47,600 nt of DNA from Salpingoeca rosetta (lineage: Eukaryota > Protista > Choanoflagellata). This document shows positions 1 through 44,493 of this stretch, piece after piece; the stretch's first letter is position 1, and the number at the start of each line of letters is the position of its first letter. The notes below the pieces were generated by a model. It ran no database searches and was not told the origin of the DNA. It was given only the letters and a program-made list of their open reading frames with translations. The stretch is taken from assembly GCA_033442325.1 (NCBI GenBank), contig JAWQFM010000028.1, forward strand, positions 703,329-750,928. Direction: 5' to 3'. The translations under genes and the position numbers were made by a program.

Positions 1-2
1 GC

Positions 3-125
3 GGGGAAGCCGGCACCATCGCAGGCGCCATTGTCGGCACGCTGCTCGGCCTTGCTCTCCTCTCCCTCGTCTATCTCAAGTTCTGCCGGCGCCGCAACGA
101 GGACGACTACTCGCTCATCCAATAA
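3..125 (+). CDS. 3' end of a type I transmembrane protein (TM helix + short cytosolic tail); gene begins upstream of the window
   Basis: Frame starting at base 3 reads GEAGTIAGAIVGTLLGLALLSLVYLKFCRRRNEDDYSLIQ*: hydrophobic helix, RRR stop-transfer and a C-terminal YSLI motif. It is absent from the ORF track. Confidence 0.75.
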   Translation, partial: GEAGTIAGAIVGTLLGLALLSLVYLKFCRRRNEDDYSLIQ

Positions 126-200
126 CACCACACAACCACATGTGCACGTGTGCATACGCCATGCACATGCACATGCCATGCACACGCCCTCCTGTTTCTT

Positions 201-345
<145 letters not shown>

Positions 346-869
346 TGACCCGAGCCTCCGTTATGTTGCTGCGCTCGCCTGTTGTTTGTCGTTGTTGTTT
401 GCTACTGCTGCCGTTGTTCTTGTTGTTGCTGTCATGTGCTTTCTGCACCGCGTTCGCACACCCATGCTTGTGCCTTGTTGTCTTTGTGCCTTGTTCTCTT
501 CAACTGCACGCTTCTTGCAAGCAAGAACCACGTTTCGTTGTTCCCTGCCGTGTTTCCTTTTCTCGCTTGCCTTCTTTGTTCCCGTTCTTTCCGCTTGCGT
601 TTTGCGGTGCTTGTGCTTGTGAGTGCTTGTGGGTTTGCGTGTATATTGTCTGATGCACACTCCTTTCACACGGCTGAACAGCCGCTCAAATTAAAGGCAC
701 ACTCAACATCAACACCAAACAACATCAAACAACATCCAACATCCAACGAGCAACACATCACACGGATGGGCAGAATAAGTTAATCATCTCTACGAGGCAA
801 GAAGGGAAGAGTATGCACATGCTTGTATGACACCACCACCACTACCACCACCATCCATCGTCACAGTCA

Positions 870-14029
<13,160 letters not shown>

Positions 14030-15341
14030 CCGTGTTGAGGCGTGACGACGACGTTGGGCGGTTCCCAAAGTTGTTTGCCGCGAAATTTCGACAAACTCCC
14101 AGAAACACCCTCATTTGGCACCTTTGCCTACAAGCAATGTGAGAATGTATCCAGCGAAATTATACCCCTCGCTTCCTCGAGAGTACTAGAGTAGCCTCTC
14201 CTTGCCTGCTGTCCTTGAGCTTTTGGGTCCACACTTTGACGAAGAAGCAGCTTGCTGAACGCATTCGCAAGTTGACGTTGAATTGCCACGGCAACCTTTG
14301 GAATCTGCGACATCCCAGTCCAGTGAGGTGCCCTAGCAGCCACAGCAGCCGAGATGTGCAGAATCAGCGGAGTTTGAGCCGATCCCACCCATGCGTGATG
14401 TACAAACATACACACCATCATCTTCTTAACTTTCTTGACATCAAAGAATTGTTAATTGTCACTGAAGGTAGTTGATTGCTCTTGCTTCGAGACTCAACAA
14501 GTATGAGTGATGAAGCCATGGGCAGTACACTGGATGGCAATCTCGCTCCTTCGCTCAGGGTGAAGATATGCAGCATCAACGATAGAACGATAGAACGATA
14601 GCACATGGCAACGGACGGATGTTGTCAACCAACTCCACAAGGTGATGCAGCGATGTGCGCTTTGGGACGGACATTCGGAGGGGAAAGGCGTTACATGTGG
14701 GTAGATGTGTGAGGGCAAGGTAGCGGTGCAGCGCTTGAGCCTTGTTCTTCGCTCTTCGCGTCCTGCTTTCATCTGGTGCTGTGTGATGTTCAGTGTGAAA
14801 AGGGCTGTGACCTGTCGCAGTGACGCTTGCCTTTGCGTTTGTGTATTTGAGGCGGACGTCCAACGTTCAAAAGACACCCGTTCTCTCGTTAGTTTGCAAG
14901 ACAGAGAAACAGAGAAACAGCAAGGTCCTCCAGCCAGTCAATGGCATTCATGTACACACAGGTGCACAACACACTCACACACACACGTGTGAGTTTGGGG
15001 CATGTCGCTCATCTGACAGCGGCAAACAAGCCAGCAACCAAGAACAACCTAACAGCAGAGAAACAGCAGAGCAGAGCAGAAGCAGAGGCAGAGGAGCACC
15101 AAGAGCTTCAGCAGCTTCAGAGCAAGGCATCCATGTGTTGGGCAGCTGTTTTGGTCTTTGCTGTCTAACTTTTTCCACTGTACATTCCCAATTTTCCGCT
15201 GTCACGACCAAAGAAAGATTGTCGCACGCGACACCGCGTTCCTGCGTTCCAGTCACCGCGCAGGCGCACAGCCCAGCCCACACAGCACCCAAGCACGACC
15301 CCAGGCCCAAGCGTCAGGACCTTGCGGTCGTGCTGCTCACA

Positions 15342-16307
15342 ATGCCTGAGCATCATAGGTGCAGCTTGCGCGACCGCGCAGCTCAAGTGCTGTTGCTGGT
15401 CTTAAGTACCTCGGGCGTTTCATTGACATTGCCAAACGCGCTTGCGAATGACGCCTCTGCAAACCCTGCCGAGCACAAGCGAGAACCGTCCATCTTCGCT
15501 GATCAGCATGGTGGTTTGGTTATGCAGGACACCCACGTCCAAGTGTCCCTGGCCGAGTTGCTGCAGGAATTGCATGGACTCAAAACAACTGTTTCGGCCC
15601 TTCAAAGCCAAAATGCAGATTTGCTCACGAACGACGACGTGCTTCAGGCGCAATTGTCATCTTTGATGGAGCAGCATCATCAACAACAACAGCAACAGGG
15701 CACTTCACTTGTGACCTTCCCTCGGACAAAGGCCATATCACAATCGGGCACATACAGCGTCACTATCAGTGTAGCAAATAGCAGCATGCTTCCCCTTCCC
15801 ACCTCTGCATTTGTATTCATCGAAGTTGGCGGCGCTGGCGGCGGTGGAGCTGCGAGTGCAAACCCAAGCACATGTGCAATCGCACACAATGGCAGATCGG
15901 GCACATCAACAACCATCACGCACGTTGACGGAGGAACGACCACGACTTGGCTCCTGGCAACTGGCGGCGGTGGAGGAAAGTACGCTGCGAACACGGTGTT
16001 CCCTGGCACAGCCCACGGACACGGCGAAGTTGGGCCAATTTGCTTCATAGGCCGCGGTGGGGTTGGAGGCCACGCCGGAGTCTACAGCATTCGACCCAGC
16101 ACGGACGGGGGCAACGGTGGCTATGCATCTGGAGACTTCGAAATCAGTGCTGGCGAACCGACACTTCTCCAAGTCGTTGTTGGAAGCGGAGGAACCGGAG
16201 GAGCAAGTTCTTGTAACGGAAACGGTGTGAGCGGAGCAGATGGCTTTGCGATCTTTCGCTATCCTGCGAACGTTGAGATGACCTTCGAGGTTGTCCCTGG
16301 CGCGTGA
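15342..16307 (+). CDS. Intronless predicted secreted protein (321 aa): signal-like N-terminus, coiled coil, poly-Q, C-terminal glycine-rich (polyglycine II-type) domain
   Basis: First ATG of the long ORF is at 15342. Hydrophobic QVLLLVLSTSGVSL; heptad segment SLAELLQELHGLKTTVSALQSQNADL; Gly-rich motifs IEVGGAGGGGA, LATGGGGGKY, GGNGGYASG, VVVGSGGTGG, GADGFAIFRY. Confidence 0.8.
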   Translation: MPEHHRCSLRDRAAQVLLLVLSTSGVSLTLPNALANDASANPAEHKREPSIFADQHGGLVMQDTHVQVSLAELLQELHGLKTTVSALQSQNADLLTNDDVLQAQLSSLMEQHHQQQQQQGTSLVTFPRTKAISQSGTYSVTISVANSSMLPLPTSAFVFIEVGGAGGGGAASANPSTCAIAHNGRSGTSTTITHVDGGTTTTWLLATGGGGGKYAANTVFPGTAHGHGEVGPICFIGRGGVGGHAGVYSIRPSTDGGNGGYASGDFEISAGEPTLLQVVVGSGGTGGASSCNGNGVSGADGFAIFRYPANVEMTFEVVPGA

Positions 16308-16791
16308 AGTCACGAGACTGCCATTGTTGTTGCACTGTTAGCTCTTGACTGCCTGTGAAGGAGGAGGAATCCTTGGCTTTCTCTTGTCGTGATGATAACA
16401 GCGAACGGTTTTCGTGTGCCCTTAAGTTCCCCATGTTTGAATTCACTGAAGCTCTCCGTGTTACACTCACACGCCCTGACAGCTCCTTTTGCGGAGTCCC
16501 TTCTTGTGTTGATGCTAGTCTACCACCGCAATGTCCTTGTCGCTTCAAATAAAGTTGGGCGGTTTACACCTTCTACCATACAAACAAACAACAGAGCGCA
16601 GCACCTCATCACCAAATGTAACCAGCGAACAGCGAACACACACGCGCGTGTGTTCACAAGTCTGCTACCCACCATACAGCACCAGCGCAGCAAGCAACAC
16701 AAGCAAGCAACACAACCAAACAAGCAAGCGGCAACAGCCACGCGCAACAACCAGGCACGCGCTCGACACAGGGGGAACAGGCTCCGGGGTG

Positions 16792-17306
16792 TCACGAGGA
16801 TGGCGCAGGTGCGCTCTTTGCTGCCAGGTTGGCCGGCTTGCCGTTACTCCCGCTGCTCTCCGTGCTCGTCACGCTGCCATTCGTTGCAGCGCCCATTGCC
16901 ACTGGTACTCCTGTCCCTGCTGTCCCTGCTGTTGGTACATCTGCCGGTGTTGCGTTTGGGCGTTTCGGCGACATGCCCGTGACCACGTCCGCCCGCCGCT
17001 TGAGAACAGACCTGGGCAGCGCACGATGGAACGCGAACACAATTTGCAGGCAACCGAGCGTGAGCAAAACACTGCAGTGCTGTTGGAGCCAAGGGTGGGT
17101 GGACAGACAGGATCGCACATGTGTATATATGTGTGTAGAGGAGTGTGTGTGTGTGTAGGTGTGTGTGTATGTGTGTGTGTCGCTGTGATTGGCTTACGTT
17201 TGTGTGTCGGTGCGGGAGCGTTTGCGCAGGTATTCCTCCTGCTTTGCCGTCACCTTCCGCCGCGTCTCAGGGTGCTGCGTATTGTGTGTACATCATGTGA
17301 GGATAT

Positions 17307-17341
<35 letters not shown>

Positions 17342-17344
17342 GTG

Positions 17345-17408
<64 letters not shown>

Positions 17409-17620
17409 GTGTGTGTGTGTGGATACACGTGTGAGCATGAGTTGTGAATACAAGTGTGAGCATGAGTTGTGTGGAAGCATCAGCAAGCGAACAATGTGAC
17501 ACAGCAAAACACAGAATCTTCCACCGCGCTTTCAGCCACACGACAAAACGTACAATTCGAGGATGATGTAGAGGTAGTTTTGCGAATCAATCATGTCGTG
17601 CACGTGGATGATGTTCGGCT

Positions 17621-17658
<38 letters not shown>

Positions 17659-17814
17659 CAAAAAGTCATACACACGCGCGAGCGCTCGTGAGATGGCGTG
17701 AAGGCGATGTGCAAGTTGGAAGGGCAAGGTGAAGGGCAACAATCTGACAGCAAACGCACACGAGCACACACGAGCACACACAGACACACAGACACACATA
17801 CACACACACACACG

Positions 17815-17848
<34 letters not shown>

Positions 17849-18499
17849 GATCACGTGGTGTACATGCGGCACTGACGTGTTTGAGCCTGAGGAGGATGTC
17901 GACCTCGGCCATGAGCTGATCCGTTGTCGGCGCTCCCATCGACTGAACACACACACACACACACACACATACACACACACATACAGTGGCATGATGTCAC
18001 ATATGGTCAGTCGACAAAGTTTGTGAAGCGATTTGAGAATGATGTGTGTGTGTGTGTGGCTGCATCAGACAACAGCTCAGTCTCATTCAAGACACCGTAA
18101 TACACGCCCTTCAACACACAAGCGTGCACAAGCAATGCTGACGCACGGTTGATTGGCTGAATCTGCGCTTGCTGATGATCTTGATGGCGTATTTGCGGCC
18201 CGTCGCCTTGTCCACCCCAAGATACACCTCGCCGCACGCACCGCTGCAGACGTTGGCGCCAGCAGTGTGGTGTGATTCCATGTGGTGGACGCATCACAAC
18301 GTGCATGTGCAGGCATTGCAAACATGTACATGCACGTTAACATACACAAACGTTCACGTGTTCAAACGAACCCACACCCACCCACACACACACACACACC
18401 CACACCCACCCACACACCCACACACTCACACACCACACACACACACACCACACACACACACCACCACCACCACACACACACACACACACACCACCACCA

Positions 18500-18563
<64 letters not shown>

Positions 18564-18792
18564 GTACGCACCTGCCGAGCTGCCTGCTCATGTTGTACTT
18601 CTCGCGAAGACGGGCGTGGGGATCGTCCGTTTCCTGCGTGCAGTCGTGGAAGATATATGACGGCGCTGGTCGCGTGGTGACGTGGTGATGGTGTGGTGGG
18701 TGGCGGCAACGTGTAAAGGAGACATGTGAGCACTCGACGTATCGTGAGGTGGAGGGGACAATCGCCGCACCCTTAGTCGCACACGCACACGC

Positions 18793-18874
<82 letters not shown>

Positions 18875-19183
18875 CTGAACGTACTGTGCTTCTTGTTGAG
18901 GAGGGAGACTTTGTCGCCGTGGGCGAGGGCAACCTTGCGGCCTTTGCCAAGCCGCTCCCCATTCACATATGTCCCGTTTGCGCTCTGGTCGGTCAGAAAC
19001 GTCAGCATCTCGTCGTCCTCGTACTGTGACATTGCTTCCTGCGGATGCTCCTGCACGTGGTGCGTGGTGGTAGCATGGAGACGACGAAGAAGACGAAAGG
19101 GAAGGCGTTTGAAATGAGTGACACGGTGTGCAGTGAGGCGACATCGTCAACAGACGTCAACAATCAACCAACATTCAACCACA

Positions 19184-19260
<77 letters not shown>

Positions 19261-19920
19261 GCACGCACACACGCACACACGCACGCACGCACACACGCAC
19301 ACACGCACACAAGCACACACACATACACACACGTCAGTAACTCACGCGAGAGATGGTGCAGTGGACGTTGGAGATGCACTTGTCTGTGAAGCGGACTTGG
19401 CATGAATCGTGGCGGCCAAACATGTACTTGTCCTCAATCAACTCTGCCAAGTGTGTGGGTGGAGGTGCGTGTGAGGGTTGCACTTGCAAGATATCAAGAG
19501 TTCAATTGTCAACACACACACACACACACGCAACACACACGCAACACACACGCACCGATGCTGGTGAAGTTGGTGCGCTCGGAAAAGAGCCGGCCCCAAA
19601 CATGGCACGCTGGCTGCTCATCGCCTGAATCGTCCGTCTGTCGTTTGACAACACCAGGAGCAAACGTGTCGACGAACGTGCGTTAATGTGAGGTGAGGCG
19701 AAGCGAAGCAAGGAAACGTCGTGCAGTCCAACGAACGACAACGACAACGATGACAACGGACAACGACAACGACGACAACGCAGCTAACAGCATACAGATC
19801 AATCACCGGCACGTACACGGCACCCCCTTGGTCCCCTGCCCGACCCTCGATCTTCAAACTCACGTCGGATTCCTTATCAATGTGGAAGGTCGAGGGCACG
19901 GTTTGGTCGTCGTCCTCCAT
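16792..19920 (-). CDS. CHEK2: Chk2/Cds1-like FHA-domain Ser/Thr kinase; kinase C-lobe exons are missing in this sequence
   Basis: VWGRL; FHA motifs MFGRHDSC, ISNVHC, DQSANGTYVNG; then YIFHD...LREKYNMSRQLGSGACGEVYLG...YAIKIISKRRF...EVDILLRLKHPNIIHVHDMIDSQNYLYIILEL, closely resembling the Chk2 N-lobe. C-terminal exons at 17274-17198 and ~17011-16792. Confidence 0.8.
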
Positions 19921-20107
19921 GCTGACAAAGCCGTCCGAGTGGGGGCAGGGGGTTGTTCACACAAGAAGAGGGCACAAAGAGAAGACGCACTTTGGTGGAT
20001 CCCGTTGCTTGCTGCTTACTTGACAGAGGCAGACAAACGAACAACAGCGACAACAACAAGGACTCACACAGCCTTCTTCCACGCGTTCAAGCTTGCTTGT
20101 TGTTTGC

Positions 20108-20159
<52 letters not shown>

Positions 20160-20246
20160 GGTGAAGCACAAGAAGTCTTGAGCATCAGTTTTGCTGACGT
20201 CAGCATTTTCCCCAAACGGCGCACACAAGAACACAAGAGCGCGGAG
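19921..20246. promoter_or_regulatory. Short divergent (head-to-head) intergenic region between the Chk2-like and LYST-like genes
   Basis: ATG 19920 (-) and ATG 20247 (+) are ~326 bp apart, with a central (TG)n. Confidence 0.5.
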
Positions 20247-40479
<20,233 letters not shown>

Positions 40480-40514
40480 AGGAGGAAGAAAGCGACAGCG
40501 AATGTGTTTGTGTG

Positions 40515-40548
<34 letters not shown>

Positions 40549-41011
40549 TTGCTCTGTCGAAAAAGGAGGTACGTACACAGTTCGCTTCATGTTCATTTAC
40601 TTCACGTTCACTCGCTTCATGTTCATTTGCTTATTGCTGAGACTTGAGCAGAGCAACCATAAACGGCACATTAACCACCAGAGCCATTCTTCACTGACCG
40701 TTGCACGCACATGAAGAAGCAACACATTGCGTATGCCGGGAAACCCCATTGGCAAAGGCGCCGTGTTACCGGCAGAGGCGGGAGAGAAAGAAGGTCACAC
40801 AGCAATAGATACAGAGATACACACGGCTGAATGAAACTAGCTGGAGCAGCTGAAAAAAGCGAGGGTTAAACGGTGCAGCGCAAAGGCACAACGATAGGAG
40901 ACCTGACAGTGGTGCTGCGTGTGTGCTGGCGATGTTGCTACATTCCTAGTGTGCGCTGCGGCCACAGACAACCGTCGTCGCTGCGAGTGCTTATAACTGC
41001 TGACGCGCTCG

Positions 41012-41085
<74 letters not shown>

Positions 41086-41208
41086 TTATGTGCTCCTGGT
41101 TTCGAGAACGGTGGGGGGGGGGCTGCTGAGCTGACTGAGCGTAGGTTTGCGGCTTGCTGTGTGGCTGGGCAGCCATGCACGTGTGTGCGATGATGAGCGT
41201 GTCCGCTT

Positions 41209-41499
41209 TCATTCACCTTCTTCTTCCGGTGCTTGTCGGCTCAGCGCCTCCACCTTGCCAATGTGCCAGAGGTGGATTTCTCGCGAGAGGCGCAGGGTGG
41301 GCTTGACGCAGAAGAAGAACGACCCCACGATGAACAGCCAGACTCCCGGGATCTGGTACTTGCTCCACAGGAAGAGGATGGAGCCAACGAGGAAGGACAT
41401 TGCGGCGGCAAAGTCCACTGCCGTGTGCGCAATTTCATACAGCGCATGCACGCGCCGCGTCCGAGCGCTGCGCCGGTGGTCATAAGCCTCCAACGGCAT
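41209..41499 (-). CDS. YrhK-family small membrane protein (bacterial type), intronless, 96 aa
   Basis: RRVHALYEIAHTAVDFAAAMSFLVGSILFLWSKYQIPGVWLFIVGSFFFCVKPTLRLSREIH fits the YrhK pattern YE....DF.....F.vGS..F.......GvWLF.iGS..F..kP.irL.Re. Two TM helices. Family recognised from memory. Confidence 0.85.
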   Translation of the reverse strand: MPLEAYDHRRSARTRRVHALYEIAHTAVDFAAAMSFLVGSILFLWSKYQIPGVWLFIVGSFFFCVKPTLRLSREIHLWHIGKVEALSRQAPEEEGE

Positions 41500-41916
41500 T
41501 GGCGTTGTCTGTCTGTTCTGTGTGTCTGTCTGCGTGTTTGTGTGCCTGTCTGTCTGTCTGTGTGTCCTTGTGTCATGTCAGTCATCACATCACACGTCAT
41601 TGTCGTCAGCAGAGGTGCGACTGGACCACTTCTTTTGGTGTTGCGAACTGGTGGTGGCGGCTTGCATGCATGCATGCATCGCAGTCGTGACCCTGGTCAC
41701 GAAAGTCCAGGGGTGACGGAGGCTCGTGGAGCATCTTTGGCTGGCGTTCACTGGCAACAGCCTGCGTGCGTGTTGACGCACGGCAACGACTACGAGACCC
41801 CCCCCCCCACGAACTTGAGTGTGCTCGTTTGCGTTGGGAACCGTTCATACACACGCGCGCATTCACACAGCATCGTCGCAAGCGACACTGGTCTCTTCTC
41901 TTCCTCTCTTCTCACC

Positions 41917-42094
41917 ATGCACACCTCCACTGCACTCGCGGTTCTGGTGGCGCTTGCCACGATTACCGTGCTGCCTCTATCAGCTTATGCGGTGCGTGTG
42001 AGTGTGGGTGCGTGTGCGTTGCGTGTGTGTGTATGTGTGTGTGTGTGTATCTGTGTCTGTGTGTCTGTGTCTGTGTGTGCATGTGTGTGCGAAC

Positions 42095-42136
<42 letters not shown>

Positions 42137-42761
42137 CTCTCTCTCTCTCTCGCTCTCTCTCTCTCTCGCTCTCTCTCTCTCCTCTCTGTGTCTGTGAGAA
42201 AGAGAGTTGCGTGTCATGTTGTTGATCATGAAGAGATGAAGGCCCAACCAACAGAACAACTCTGCTCTCCTCAAAACGAGTCTCTCCAACACGCTCACGC
42301 AACACGCGCGCACTTGCAGGAACCAGCGCTTGGGGATGAGCTGACTGCCGCGGAGTTCTTCGCTGAAACGGTGAGAACAACGCAAACACCGAGCGTTCAC
42401 ATGCGTATGCCTGGCAAATTGTACATGTGTGAAGCACACCGGGATTGCCTGGACTGCCCATGATTCAGTTTCGTGACGCGCGCGATTGTTCTCTCTCCTC
42501 CACCGACAGGGCCTTGCCGAGTGCGCTGATCTCACTGAGGCTGAGACTGGGTACTTCTTTGAAAGCGGCCACGAAACTGGCATTTCTCGCTCACGCTGCA
42601 CGCTCGGCGGCTCTTGCCAATGTGAACAACTGGACACCTGCGACAGTGGCGGTGCGCAGTCCTCGATGTGCTTGTGGGGCTTGTGGAGAAGGACAGAGAC
42701 ACATGAGATGTGTGTGCGTGTGCGTGCGCGCGTTTTGTGTGTGTGTGTGTGTGTGCGTGCG

Positions 42762-42812
<51 letters not shown>

Positions 42813-43007
42813 AAACAATGTAGTGAGTGCTCGCCAAGATTTCCTGGCTTTGTCAACCACCTCCTTCTGAAGACACCAGCCTGCTGCGAACTCCTTCGGT
42901 TCCCCTTTCAACAGACTGCTTCAAGGTGTATCGCTGCAACGCCACAGAATCGGATGGCTGCTTTGCCGTGGCCAACTGCACGCGTGCTCGCTTTGACACC
43001 GCGATGG

Positions 43008-43047
<40 letters not shown>

Positions 43048-44086
43048 AAATTGCTTTGTATTGGGACACACGTCATGAGCCCTTCTGCCTGTGTTGTTGG
43101 CTTGCCCCTGCGTGAACTCCAGAACTGAAGCTGCCCACGATCTGTGCGGTTCCAACCGCCAAGGTTTACCCTCACACACACACACACACACACACACCGC
43201 ACGATAACATACACGCACACACGCACACACACACACACACACACCGCACGATCACATACACACACACGTCAGGTTACTGTTGACTGTAACCGCGGTTTGC
43301 CACTTGATGAGCGTGGCGATGAGGATCTCGATTTCTTTGCCATGCGCTGGAAACAAGCGCTCGAACAAGACTGCGGGATCAGCGGCCGCGTACGTTGTGT
43401 GAGCGTGTTGTGTTTGCGTGTATGTACTCTGTCATGCAGCAGCTCCCAGCTGCAACAGCTGTGGGCAAGGTTGTTGCTTACATTTTCCAATCTGCTTTCC
43501 CCACCCCGCACGCAACGTATGCACACGTACCACAAACATACGCGCACCTACATACACACGTGTACAGCTGTGCCGGTACTATGGTGACACGGCTGACTCC
43601 ATTCACGTAATCAATGGCACGACGTTCCGTACCACAACCCTCAACTCCGCCCACGTTGAAGATCTTGCCGTGTGTGCCGCCACTGCCAACTTCCGCTTCA
43701 ACCGCTGTACCGTCGTCTCCGTGGTGGAGGTGCCAGTAACCACAACCACTACCACAACGACCACAACTACAACCACTACCACTACTACTACCACAACCAC
43801 AACCACCACTACCACAACCACTACAACAACTACAACCACAACAACAACTACAACTACAACTACAACGCTCCCAGCATGTAGCTACGGATGTGAGGAGAGT
43901 GTCGAAGCTTGTATTGGCAAGGTGCGCAGTATCTATCCTCCATCCTGGCTTGAGCGTGTTGTTCAGCGTGCTTGCCCTCTACATCCACACGCCCCCTCCC
44001 TCCAGCTTCCCGTTGCTGCAATGGAGAGCCCATCGCAGTTTACCACTCCCTTCCCTTGCTCTGTATCGATAACATCATCCACCCCC

Positions 44087-44122
<36 letters not shown>

Positions 44123-44441
44123 CACACAACCTTGTGTAGGCCATGTTCTCCCCGAACAACGTGCGCGAGGCATTTGTGGACTGCATGGCACAAGTTTCGC
44201 ATCATACCGACAGTGCATTTGTCTCGTTCGGCATCTGCCTCGCTGACTGTGGTGACATTGACGCAAACACGACGCGCGACGAGGCTGGACCCATCCTCTT
44301 CTGCTAGTACGTACCTCAACATTTGATAGCGGTTCATTGAAGTGTGCGGGCGTGGATGTGGACGTGTGGTCTTGTCTGCATGGATGAATCAGATGACACT
44401 GTTTCACGAAGCCTTGTCGACACTCACGCCTTTCTCTTTTC

Positions 44442-44493
<52 letters not shown>

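Noticed and set aside
790-869. ORF-track C-terminus (...QACAYSSLLAS*) for the Sema gene
   Set aside because: A phase-0 acceptor at 917 gives VGSIDFSQASPLKKR* ending at 870; the longer frame reads through intron-like sequence
14820-15341. N-terminal 174 codons of the 495-aa ORF
   Set aside because: Non-ATG start; the first ATG at 15342 precedes a signal-like segment
16355-16552. 65-aa Cys-containing ORF downstream of the Gly-rich gene
   Set aside because: GTG start, upstream in-frame stop and no recognisable motif
40580-40630. Short direct repeat (tcgcttcatgttcattt x2) downstream of LYST
   Set aside because: Only two copies, consistent with local slippage; no element structure
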